Assembly: GCA_045637805.1 (NCBI GenBank)
Contig: JAZUAE010000021.1
Span: forward strand, 1,638 to 65,637
Direction of reading: 5' to 3'
Source of the DNA: Clostridia bacterium
GTDB taxonomy: Bacteria; Bacillota; Clostridia; Christensenellales; UBA1242
Length of the DNA: 64,000 nt
Shown piece by piece: positions 36,498-45,078 of the stretch. Both the position numbers and the translations under genes were made by a program. Numbering within the stretch: position 1 is the stretch's first letter; each line of letters starts with the position of its first letter. The notes under the pieces were generated by a model, which worked only from the letters and a program-made list of their open reading frames with translations, had not been told where the DNA came from and searched no databases.

Positions 36498-37184
36498 ATG
36501 AGTAGAATGTATAATTTGTATGATAATAAAATCAGAGAGGAACTTTTGAACATGCCTATCAAGGCTTTGGGATTACCTTTAGAAGTTGAAAAGGTTTTAT
36601 CTTCTGTTTGTGAGATGGGTGTTTATGGAATTGAAAAGAATACTATTAAAACGGTTGGCGATTTATTAGAAAAGGGAAAGAGCAGAATTGAAAATGTTCT
36701 TTCAAGAAATGTATATTATCAAAAATACCCGAATATTATTAGAGATATAGAAGAAAAACTGATGAGGTTTGGTTTTAAATTTGAAGATTCGGATTTTTCA
36801 GCATTAGATGTTAGAGTTAAAGAATTAGATGTATCTGATAAAACAAAACAATTTTTAGATAAAATTTCTCATAACACTAAAACTATTGGTGATTTAAGTA
36901 TAAAAAGAATTAGATCTTTAACTGTTCGCATACTTGATGATGATTATAGTGTGCTCCTTGATTTGAAAAATGCAATGCAGGAATATGGTGTAAAATTTGA
37001 AGATGCATCATACGAGTTGGATAAAACAAAATTTTTCCCGTTAAAAGATAAAGTATTTTTCTTAAGCAATAAAACTATTAATGAATATTTAAAAAATTAT
37101 AAAAGACCAAGAAAATTTCAGAAATCAAAAGAAATTTTCCAAAGAGAATTTAAAAAACAATCAGTAGAAAATGAAGCAATATAA
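36498..37184 (+). CDS. Shorter paralogue with two alpha-CTD-like repeats
   Basis: Clear similarity to the N-half of the upstream gene (IKALGLP, VGDLL, IEEKL..G.KFEDSDF..LDV...EL.VS.K, AM.EYG..F..S..LDK..FFP). Confidence 0.6.
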   Translation: MSRMYNLYDNKIREELLNMPIKALGLPLEVEKVLSSVCEMGVYGIEKNTIKTVGDLLEKGKSRIENVLSRNVYYQKYPNIIRDIEEKLMRFGFKFEDSDFSALDVRVKELDVSDKTKQFLDKISHNTKTIGDLSIKRIRSLTVRILDDDYSVLLDLKNAMQEYGVKFEDASYELDKTKFFPLKDKVFFLSNKTINEYLKNYKRPRKFQKSKEIFQREFKKQSVENEAI

Positions 37185-37288
37185 AAGGGGTTGCATAATG
37201 CAATCTCTTTTTTGTTTTTACATATGTTTTTTTATTTGCTTATATAAGAAAAATGCTGTATTATATAACTGTAACGTGGAGGAAAAAT

Positions 37289-37609
37289 ATGAAAGTTTTA
37301 CAATTTTTATTATCTGATAATTTTGATACAATGTTTGAAAACACTGCTAATAACGTAAGCACTTTTTCGACAATTATGTTTGTTCTTTCTGGAATTGTCA
37401 CTGTGGCAATAGTGGTATTCATAATTTGTGTTGTGATTAAATCAACGAGGAAAATGAAGGATATAACAGGCGGTGTAATGGGGGAGATTAAGGAAAATAT
37501 TGAAGATAATTCTAACCCAAATATTACATGTGAATACTGCGGATCTGTAAACAAGAAAGAAAATTCTACTTGTAAACAGTGTGGTGCATCACTTAATCAT
37601 AAAAAATAG
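37289..37609 (+). CDS. Membrane-anchored zinc-ribbon protein
   Basis: One TM helix; C-terminal CEYCG...CKQCGA. Confidence 0.7.
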   Translation: MKVLQFLLSDNFDTMFENTANNVSTFSTIMFVLSGIVTVAIVVFIICVVIKSTRKMKDITGGVMGEIKENIEDNSNPNITCEYCGSVNKKENSTCKQCGASLNHKK

Positions 37610-37736
37610 ACAATAAAACGAGCTTTTGGTTTAAAGCTCGTTTTTTTTTGTTTTTAATTAACATTTAATATAATTCATTTGATTTTTATTTTTAAATACT
37701 TTATATTTAAAATACTAAAGATAAGGAGAGAAATCT

Positions 37737-38045
37737 ATGAGTAAGGAAGAAAACAAGAAGTTTTTTGATGGTATAGGCATGTTTGCTGCTGTTATCACAA
37801 TTATTACATATTTAGTACTTGCAATTAATGCTCAATGGCCATTCATTAATAATGGAACTATAATGAACATTCTTTTAGTTATAAAAGTTTATGCTCCTCT
37901 TGTAGTTGTTGCAATTACTGGACTTGAGTGGGTGTCTGGAAGAAGTTTCTTCGTTAAAATTATTTTCTATGCAGCTATGGCTTTAGTTGTTATTTCAATG
38001 TTTTTCCCATCAACATGGACACAGTTTGTGGGATTAATAGGTTAA
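37737..38045 (+). CDS. Small three-TM membrane protein
   Basis: Hydrophobic ORF with AGGAG RBS and downstream terminator. Confidence 0.7.
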   Translation: MSKEENKKFFDGIGMFAAVITIITYLVLAINAQWPFINNGTIMNILLVIKVYAPLVVVAITGLEWVSGRSFFVKIIFYAAMALVVISMFFPSTWTQFVGLIG

Positions 38046-38079
38046 TAGCAAACAAAAAAGACGCAATCGCGTCTTTTTT

Positions 38080-38925
38080 TTATTTCTCAAAAAATGCCAT
38101 TCCAACTGCGCCTGGCCCTATATGTGTACCGATTGTGCAGCCAAGGCTGTATGATTTTATTTCTTCGTTAGATTGATTTAAAATTTCAGGGATTGTTTTT
38201 ATATATTCTTCTAATCCAGTGTTTGTAGCGGAATATACAAAACAAAGTGGCATAGAATAGTCAATTCCTTTTGTTTGGTTTATCATTTGGGTTAACATAA
38301 GATGTTTTTTCTTTGTTCCCATAGCTTTACCTACAACTTTAACTTCGCCATCTATTACTTGAATCAATGGTTTTATAGATAGTATTGTTCCGATTGTTGC
38401 ACTTGCTGCGGAAATTCTACCGCCTTTTTTTAGATATTCAAGAGTGTCGATTGCAGCTATTATTTTTAATCTAGTCTTAGCATCGTCTAATATTGTTTTA
38501 ATGGTTTTTGCCGGTAAGTTTTGTTTAGCGAGCTCTAAAGCATAAAGACCAAGTAGTCTTTCGCCTATAGTTGCGCTCAAGCTATCTACTACAAAAACTT
38601 TTCCATCAAACTTTTCAGCAGCACTTACTGCGTTTTTATAAGTGCCAGAAAGTTTAGAAGATAGGGTAATCATTACAACATCTGAGCCGTCTGAGGTTGC
38701 TTTTTTAAATTCTTCTTCAAATCTAAATGGATTAATTTGACTGGTTTGAGGCAGCCCTGTGCTATTCTTTAGTCTATTATAAAATTCATTATGAGTGATA
38801 TTGACACCATCAAGGTATTCCTCAGTGCCAAATCTAATTTCAATAGGAATAAAACCAAGTCCAAGTTCTTTAGCTTCGTTTACAGTAATATCTGATGCTG
38901 AGTCGATAATGATTTTAACCGCCAT
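38080..38925 (-). CDS. DegV family fatty-acid-binding protein
   Basis: IDSASD, LPQTSQ, LSSKLSGT, LEYLKKGGRI, IGTHIGPGAVG; ATG 38925 behind AGGAG. Confidence 0.92.
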   Translation of the reverse strand: MAVKIIIDSASDITVNEAKELGLGFIPIEIRFGTEEYLDGVNITHNEFYNRLKNSTGLPQTSQINPFRFEEEFKKATSDGSDVVMITLSSKLSGTYKNAVSAAEKFDGKVFVVDSLSATIGERLLGLYALELAKQNLPAKTIKTILDDAKTRLKIIAAIDTLEYLKKGGRISAASATIGTILSIKPLIQVIDGEVKVVGKAMGTKKKHLMLTQMINQTKGIDYSMPLCFVYSATNTGLEEYIKTIPEILNQSNEEIKSYSLGCTIGTHIGPGAVGMAFFEK

Positions 38926-39038
38926 AAGTTCTCCTAAGTGTGTTTTATATGCGTAGTATAACACAATGTTATATACATTGTAAAACAAAAGATTGTTTAA
39001 AATTCTCGCGAATTAAGAAAAGGCAAAAAACCTTGCCT

Positions 39039-40262
39039 TTATAATTCATAACCATTCTCTTCTAAGAGAGCTCTTGCGCTTTCAACCGAGTCAACTCCAG
39101 TTTTGTTTTTTATAGGTGCAAACTCTTTACTGCGCACTACCTCATAAGGTAGGCAAGAGTTGCAAAGTTCTATCATATCTACACAAAGCATTTCAAATTT
39201 GTGTGCGTTTGGTGAACTAGGTGATTGAAGATTGCCGTCTTTATCTATATATGGGACTTTTTTATGAACAACGTGAACTGGCAATGCTTCGTCTTTTATT
39301 TTATGTAATTGTTCTACGTTAAACAAATAGTTTAGTATAACGCCAAAATTATACACACGTTCGCCTTCACTGTTGGTCTCTTGAGCCATATCGTCGGTTA
39401 GGTCTATATATTCTATAATTGATGGCTTGCCATTTTTATTACACATTACACCAACTTTTTCATAAGGGTCAGCTTTTCGTATAACCTTTGCACCAACCTC
39501 ATATCCGCCTGAAAGTGTTGCACCGATAAAAGCAGGGTCTGCTATTTTCTGTAGTACATTGTCTACAGCAAATACATTTAACCACTTTATGTTAAAATAT
39601 TCGAGCATTTGTTTTGCATCATCGTTTTTAAGTAGGGAATTAAACCAACCGCCGTTGCCGTTTGGGCTTGTAGCTAATCGGTTTTTTTCTTCGAGCAAAA
39701 TTTTACCATTTTCGTCAACGCAAGGAGCCATATCTTGAACAAAGAATCTAATATATCTTTCGTCGTAACCAAAATAATCATGTTCTTTTAAAAAGTTTAT
39801 AGTTGCCTCATTATTCTTTTCACTTGTCATAATGAAAAATGGAACAGGCTTTCCGCATTTTCTGGATACTTCTATAAGGTTTTCAAATAGTCTTTGGAAA
39901 ATATAGACATCACGAGTTTTTCCGATATTATACATTCCTTTTGGCGCATCAGACCCAAGTCTTGTACCCATACCGCCAGCAAGAAGCAAAGCACCAACTT
40001 CATAATTTTGCAATGCCTTGTTGCCAACTTTTTCAAAGTCTTGTTTGTATTCATCAATCTCAGGCACTTTTAATGCGTCGATAGGTGTTATTTTAGAATC
40101 TTGTTTTGTTTCGTTTGCGTTTAAGTGCGATAGGTAATCAAAGTCTGTTTCAAGGATTTGTGTGTATAATTCCTCTTTTTCTTTGTTATCCAAATCGTTT
40201 TCAAATTGCAATAAATGTTCTTGATTATATTTTTTTAATTTTGCTATTACCTTATTTCTCAT
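39039..40262 (-). CDS. UDPGP-family pyrophosphorylase (UDP-GlcNAc pyrophosphorylase-like)
   Basis: LLAGGMGTRLG...PKG, IMTS, SPNGNGG, VDN, EKVG, KFE, EFAPIKN. Confidence 0.85.
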   Translation of the reverse strand: MRNKVIAKLKKYNQEHLLQFENDLDNKEKEELYTQILETDFDYLSHLNANETKQDSKITPIDALKVPEIDEYKQDFEKVGNKALQNYEVGALLLAGGMGTRLGSDAPKGMYNIGKTRDVYIFQRLFENLIEVSRKCGKPVPFFIMTSEKNNEATINFLKEHDYFGYDERYIRFFVQDMAPCVDENGKILLEEKNRLATSPNGNGGWFNSLLKNDDAKQMLEYFNIKWLNVFAVDNVLQKIADPAFIGATLSGGYEVGAKVIRKADPYEKVGVMCNKNGKPSIIEYIDLTDDMAQETNSEGERVYNFGVILNYLFNVEQLHKIKDEALPVHVVHKKVPYIDKDGNLQSPSSPNAHKFEMLCVDMIELCNSCLPYEVVRSKEFAPIKNKTGVDSVESARALLEENGYEL

Positions 40263-40348
40263 AATTACTCCTTTTATTTTATTAAATTGTAAAAAAATAT
40301 ACGTTAATGTAGTAAAAAATGTGACCAACAATTTGGTTGGTCACTATT

Positions 40349-40666
40349 TTATTTCTTTTTAGGATTTTTCTTTACAGGTTCGTGATATATGATTTCTTTA
40401 CAGTGTTTTTCTGCATATTCAATTTCTTTACGAGTAGTTTCACCTATATATCCGCCAATATTGACAACATATAGAGCATTGCTCATTTCAATTTTTTTGC
40501 ATTGAGAATTTACTATATTGTGCATTTGATCAACGGTCTCGGTGTGTTTTAATTTGCCATACAAAGTTTGAAGAACACAATAACCATTCTCAGATTCGAG
40601 TTTTCTTGCAATCTCCATCATATCTTTTTCAAATCTCATGCTACCACTAATTGTTACAACTTTCAT
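40349..40666 (-). CDS. Hypothetical protein, nucleoside 2-deoxyribosyltransferase-like fold
   Basis: VTISGSMRF, KIEMS.A.YVVN.GGYIG.TT..EIEYA. Confidence 0.6.
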   Translation of the reverse strand: MKVVTISGSMRFEKDMMEIARKLESENGYCVLQTLYGKLKHTETVDQMHNIVNSQCKKIEMSNALYVVNIGGYIGETTRKEIEYAEKHCKEIIYHEPVKKNPKKK

Positions 40667-40783
40667 GTCTTTCTTCTCCTAAAATTAGTATAGCACATTC
40701 ATAAATTCAAGTCTAATGATTTAGAAGAATAAAATTATAAAAGTTTATTTAGATAAAAAATAAGGGAGCATTTGCTCCCGGGA

Positions 40784-41326
40784 TTATAAATTATTAATAA
40801 ATTTGTTCACTTTTGCAATCAACTCTTCTGCTGAACCATTGTTTGTAATATAGTGATCTGCGATTGCGATAGGTCCACCTTTTTCTACGTTTTCAATTTC
40901 GCTCACATCTCTAGAGAGTGATTCTTCGGCAGTCATCGGTCTAAAAGTTCTATTTTTTAAACGTTCTCTTCTAAGCCCACTATCGGTTACTATTGCAAGG
41001 ACTTTAAAGGCGTCGCCAAAGCGTTCTTTAACGTATTTATATTCTGACCAAGAATACATACTTTCAATTACAACATTGCCTTTTTTATATGCCTCTTCGA
41101 TTTTAGGAAGATAAATTTTTGCGTAAATGCCTTTATCTCCCGAGCTCCTAAGCTCTTCGCGTATTTTGCGTTCGTTTGCTTCGTTAATTTCCATTCCGCG
41201 TTCTTTTAAAATATCAAAAGTTACTGCGCCGAAATAGATTTTTTCAAAACCTTTTTTTATAAATTCTTCAGTGGCTACACTTTTTCCACAGCCACACATT
41301 CCTACAACTGCAACTATTTTATTCAT
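40784..41326 (-). CDS. P-loop nucleotide kinase, UPF0200/dephospho-CoA kinase-like
   Basis: VVGMCGCGKS, R..RL..R, IA.ADH.I.N.G. Confidence 0.65.
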   Translation of the reverse strand: MNKIVAVVGMCGCGKSVATEEFIKKGFEKIYFGAVTFDILKERGMEINEANERKIREELRSSGDKGIYAKIYLPKIEEAYKKGNVVIESMYSWSEYKYVKERFGDAFKVLAIVTDSGLRRERLKNRTFRPMTAEESLSRDVSEIENVEKGGPIAIADHYITNNGSAEELIAKVNKFINNL

Positions 41327-41440
41327 TTGTTTTTCTCCTATGATTTTATTATGTAATTTAACAAAAACTATGTCAAGTAATTATTATATTTGTTTAAATT
41401 TACTTGCTAATTTACCCCTCGTACGTGTTATACTCTAAAT

Positions 41441-42169
41441 ATGAGTTTTTGGACTGCATTCAAAAGTGTTTTTAACAAGAGTGAAGAGATTTTATTTTCA
41501 CCTGAAAAATGTATTTGTTGTGGTAGGGAGAAGGTTGATGAGACTTCTCCATTTTGCGATTCTTGTAAAAGAAAATTAATCTTTATCAGAGGTAAGATTT
41601 GTGATTATTGTGGTGCACCTATAACTGGCGGCAAAGTGTGTGATAAATGTAAGGAAAATAAAAACGATTTTGACAAAGCTAGGGCCATTATTGCTTATGA
41701 TCAAGCAAGCAGTCCTATGATTACTAAATTTAAGTATTCTAAAGCTAAATATTTAGAGAAACGTCTATGTGAAATTTTGTGTGAAGGTTACGCTAAATAT
41801 CCTGAACTGGCGCCAGACTTTGTAACATTTGTTCCTATGACGGAAAAGAAATTGAAAGAAAGGGGATATAATCAAACCCAAGTTTTGGCAAGTTTGTTTT
41901 GCGAGAAAAATAATCTCGAGCTTAAGCAGTTGCTTGTTAAATCTAAGGAGACTCCTGCGCAAGCTGGACTCGATAAAGATAAAAGAAAGGAAAATATAAA
42001 AGACGCTTTTGAAATAATTGCTGAAAATCGAAAATTAGTTAAAGATAAGAAAATTTTAATAATTGATGATGTGTTTACTACTGGCAGCACAACAAATGAA
42101 TGTGCAAAAGTCCTGAAGAAGGCCGGTGCCAGCAGTGTTTTTGTATTGACTATTGCAAAAACAATTTAA
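41441..42169 (+). CDS. comF: ComF family protein (zinc ribbon + PRTase domain)
   Basis: Multiple CxxC, VPM...ERGYNQ, ILIIDDVFTTGST; upstream of secA. Confidence 0.88.
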   Translation: MSFWTAFKSVFNKSEEILFSPEKCICCGREKVDETSPFCDSCKRKLIFIRGKICDYCGAPITGGKVCDKCKENKNDFDKARAIIAYDQASSPMITKFKYSKAKYLEKRLCEILCEGYAKYPELAPDFVTFVPMTEKKLKERGYNQTQVLASLFCEKNNLELKQLLVKSKETPAQAGLDKDKRKENIKDAFEIIAENRKLVKDKKILIIDDVFTTGSTTNECAKVLKKAGASSVFVLTIAKTI

Positions 42170-42263
42170 TTTTAGACAAATTATGACATGGCTCGTAAAA
42201 TAAAATAAATCTTAACTTTACAATTAATGAAAACTGAGTTAATATATTAATGGAGAGAAAATT

Positions 42264-44933
42264 ATGGGACTATTTAAATGGATTGCAAACTATGATAATA
42301 ATAAAAGTTTGAAAAAGCTTGAAAAAATCGCTTTAAAGATTGAAGAATTGTCTGATAAATATGAGGCGATGACTGATGATGAGCTTAAGGCGCAAACAGG
42401 TGTTTTAAAAGAAAGGCTTGCCGGTGGTGAAACTTTAGACGATATTTTGCCAGACGCGTATGCTGTTGTTCGAGAAGCGAGCAACCGTGTTTTACACATG
42501 AAACATTTTCATGTTCAGATTCTTGGCGGTATAGTTCTTCACCAAGGTCGTATTTCTGAAATGAAGACTGGTGAAGGAAAGACTCTCGTTTCTACACTTC
42601 CAGCATACTTAAATGCTCTTTCAGGAAAAAATGTGCATATTGTAACAGTTAACGAATATCTTGCTAAGCGTGACGCTGAGTGGATGGGGAAAATTCACAA
42701 GTTTTTAGGATTATCAGTGGGTGTTGTTTATGCAAATCAGCCTATTGAAGAAAAACGCAGAGCGTATGAGGCGGATATTACATACGGAACAAACAGTGAA
42801 TTTGGTTTTGATTTCTTGCGTGATAATATGGCGCATGATAAAAATGATATGCTTATGCGAGGATTGTCATTTGCTATTATTGATGAGGTTGATAGTATAT
42901 TAATTGATGAGGCGAGAACTCCACTTATTTTATCTGGACCTAGTGGCGAAAGCAGTGCACAGTACGAAACAGCTTGTAGGTTTGCTAAAGGGTTAAAACA
43001 GACTGATGTTGAGATTGATGAAAAAAAGAAAGCGATAAACTTGACTGAGAGTGGTATTGCTAAAGCTGAAAGATTTTATAACATAGACAATCTTAGTGAT
43101 GTGGAAAACACCGAGATAAATCACAATATCAATAACGCTATTCGCGCAAAATTTATGATGCATAGGGATAATAACTATATCGTACGTGATGGTGAGGTTT
43201 TCATTGTTGATGAGTTCACTGGACGTGTTATGGTTGGTCGTAGATATTCTGACGGCTTGCATCAAGCTATTGAGGCAAAAGAAGGCGTAAAAATTAATGC
43301 AGAAAACAAAACACTTGCAACGATTACGCTTCAAAACTTCTTCAAACTTTATGATAAAATTTCTGGTATGACAGGTACAGCAAAAACTGAAGAGGGTGAG
43401 TTTAGGGAAATTTATGGGCTTGACGTTGTTGTAATCCCTACAAACAAATCAATGCAAAGAGTTGATGAAGACGATGAATTGTATTTTTCTCACGCTGCAA
43501 AAATTCGTGCGATTTGTAGAGATGTGCAAGAAGCGCACGCAAAAGGTCAACCTGTTCTTGTTGGTACAATTACTGTTGAGAAGAGTGAAGAACTTTCTCG
43601 TGAGTTTAGAAAATTAAAAATTCCACACAATGTTCTTAATGCGAAAAATCATTTAAAAGAAGCGGAAATTGTTGCTCAGGCTGGTAGACTTGGCAGTGTT
43701 ACTATTGCAACCAACATGGCTGGTCGTGGTACTGATATTCTTCTTGGTGGAAACCCTGAATTTATGGCAAAACAAGCCATGATCAATAAAGGTATTGAAC
43801 CTGAAAAGATTGAACTTGCAAGTTCATTTGTTAGTGTCGTCGAACCTGAAGATGTTGCAAATAGAAAACTTTTTAATGAGCTTATTGAAAAATATTCTGC
43901 GGAAACTAAGGCAGAAAAAGAAAAAGTTATTGCTCTCGGTGGTCTTAGAATAATAGGTACTGAAAGACATGAAAGCAGACGTATTGATAACCAGCTCCGT
44001 GGACGTAGTGGTCGACAAGGTGACCCTGGATCTTCTCTTTTCTATCTTTCTACAGATGATGATTTAACTAGGGTTTTCGGCGCTGATAGACTAAAACGTG
44101 TAGCTACCATGCTTCATTTTGAAGAAGATACGCCTATTAAAATGCGTATGTTTACAAACTTTGTTAACAATGCTCAAAAACGTGTAGAGGGTACGAACTA
44201 TTCTATTCGTAAACAAGTTGTCGAGTATGATAATGTGCTTAACCGACAACGTGAGGAGATTTACAAAGAACGTAATCGTATTTTAAACAAAGAAGATGTA
44301 CATGATAAAATTCTAGAAATGATAGGCGAGGTTGCAGAAAGCATCGTAAACGATAATATGCAAGGCGTCGAGATTGAAGATGTTGATATTCAAGATTTTA
44401 ACGCTGACCTGGAAAAAAGATTGCTTGAGCCTGGAACGGAATATATAACCACGGATACTCTTGAAAAATTTTCAAAGAGGGAGATCTTGGCTGATATTAA
44501 GCAAAGAGCTATTGCAAAATATGAAAAGAAGATTGCGGATACTGTAGCAGAAAGCAATGGAATTGTTGATTTTGGCAATGTTGAACGTTATTTCTTGCTT
44601 AATATCATGGACAAAAAATGGGTTGATCATATTGACAATATGGACGCTCTTCGTCAGGGTGTTGCACTCCGTGGATATGGCAATGTAAATCCTATAACGG
44701 TTTACCAACGTGAAGGTTTTGATATGTTCTATGATATGATTACCTCTATGCGTGAAGATGTGGCAAATGTTCTTATGGGTGTTAAGGTGAAAGTTGGTGA
44801 AAATACAAAGCCGATTAAAAAAACTGTACGTCCACAAGGTACAATAAAGAATGGTGAGGTGATTGGAAGGAATTCACCATGTCCATGTGGAAGTGGTAAA
44901 AAATACAAAAATTGCTGCGGGAAGGATAAATAA
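42264..44933 (+). CDS. secA: Preprotein translocase ATPase SecA
   Basis: MKTGEGKT, IIDEVDSILIDEARTPL, ATNMAGRGTDI, QLRGRSGRQGDPG, C-terminal CPCGSGKKYKNCC. Confidence 0.98.
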   Translation: MGLFKWIANYDNNKSLKKLEKIALKIEELSDKYEAMTDDELKAQTGVLKERLAGGETLDDILPDAYAVVREASNRVLHMKHFHVQILGGIVLHQGRISEMKTGEGKTLVSTLPAYLNALSGKNVHIVTVNEYLAKRDAEWMGKIHKFLGLSVGVVYANQPIEEKRRAYEADITYGTNSEFGFDFLRDNMAHDKNDMLMRGLSFAIIDEVDSILIDEARTPLILSGPSGESSAQYETACRFAKGLKQTDVEIDEKKKAINLTESGIAKAERFYNIDNLSDVENTEINHNINNAIRAKFMMHRDNNYIVRDGEVFIVDEFTGRVMVGRRYSDGLHQAIEAKEGVKINAENKTLATITLQNFFKLYDKISGMTGTAKTEEGEFREIYGLDVVVIPTNKSMQRVDEDDELYFSHAAKIRAICRDVQEAHAKGQPVLVGTITVEKSEELSREFRKLKIPHNVLNAKNHLKEAEIVAQAGRLGSVTIATNMAGRGTDILLGGNPEFMAKQAMINKGIEPEKIELASSFVSVVEPEDVANRKLFNELIEKYSAETKAEKEKVIALGGLRIIGTERHESRRIDNQLRGRSGRQGDPGSSLFYLSTDDDLTRVFGADRLKRVATMLHFEEDTPIKMRMFTNFVNNAQKRVEGTNYSIRKQVVEYDNVLNRQREEIYKERNRILNKEDVHDKILEMIGEVAESIVNDNMQGVEIEDVDIQDFNADLEKRLLEPGTEYITTDTLEKFSKREILADIKQRAIAKYEKKIADTVAESNGIVDFGNVERYFLLNIMDKKWVDHIDNMDALRQGVALRGYGNVNPITVYQREGFDMFYDMITSMREDVANVLMGVKVKVGENTKPIKKTVRPQGTIKNGEVIGRNSPCPCGSGKKYKNCCGKDK

Positions 44934-44938
44934 AATAC

Positions 44939-44965
44939 AAACTAGGCGCATTGCCTAGTTTTTTT
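44939..44965 (+). terminator. Intrinsic terminator after secA
   Basis: AAACTAGGC/GCCTAGTTT stem plus T tract. Confidence 0.75.
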
Positions 44966-45078
44966 ATGTCGTAAAATATAAAATAATATAATAAATTTTA
45001 TTAAAATGTATTGTCAAAATCGCAATTGCGTGTTATAATCTAATCATAAAAATATGTGACAAGAAAGGAGAAGTCTTT

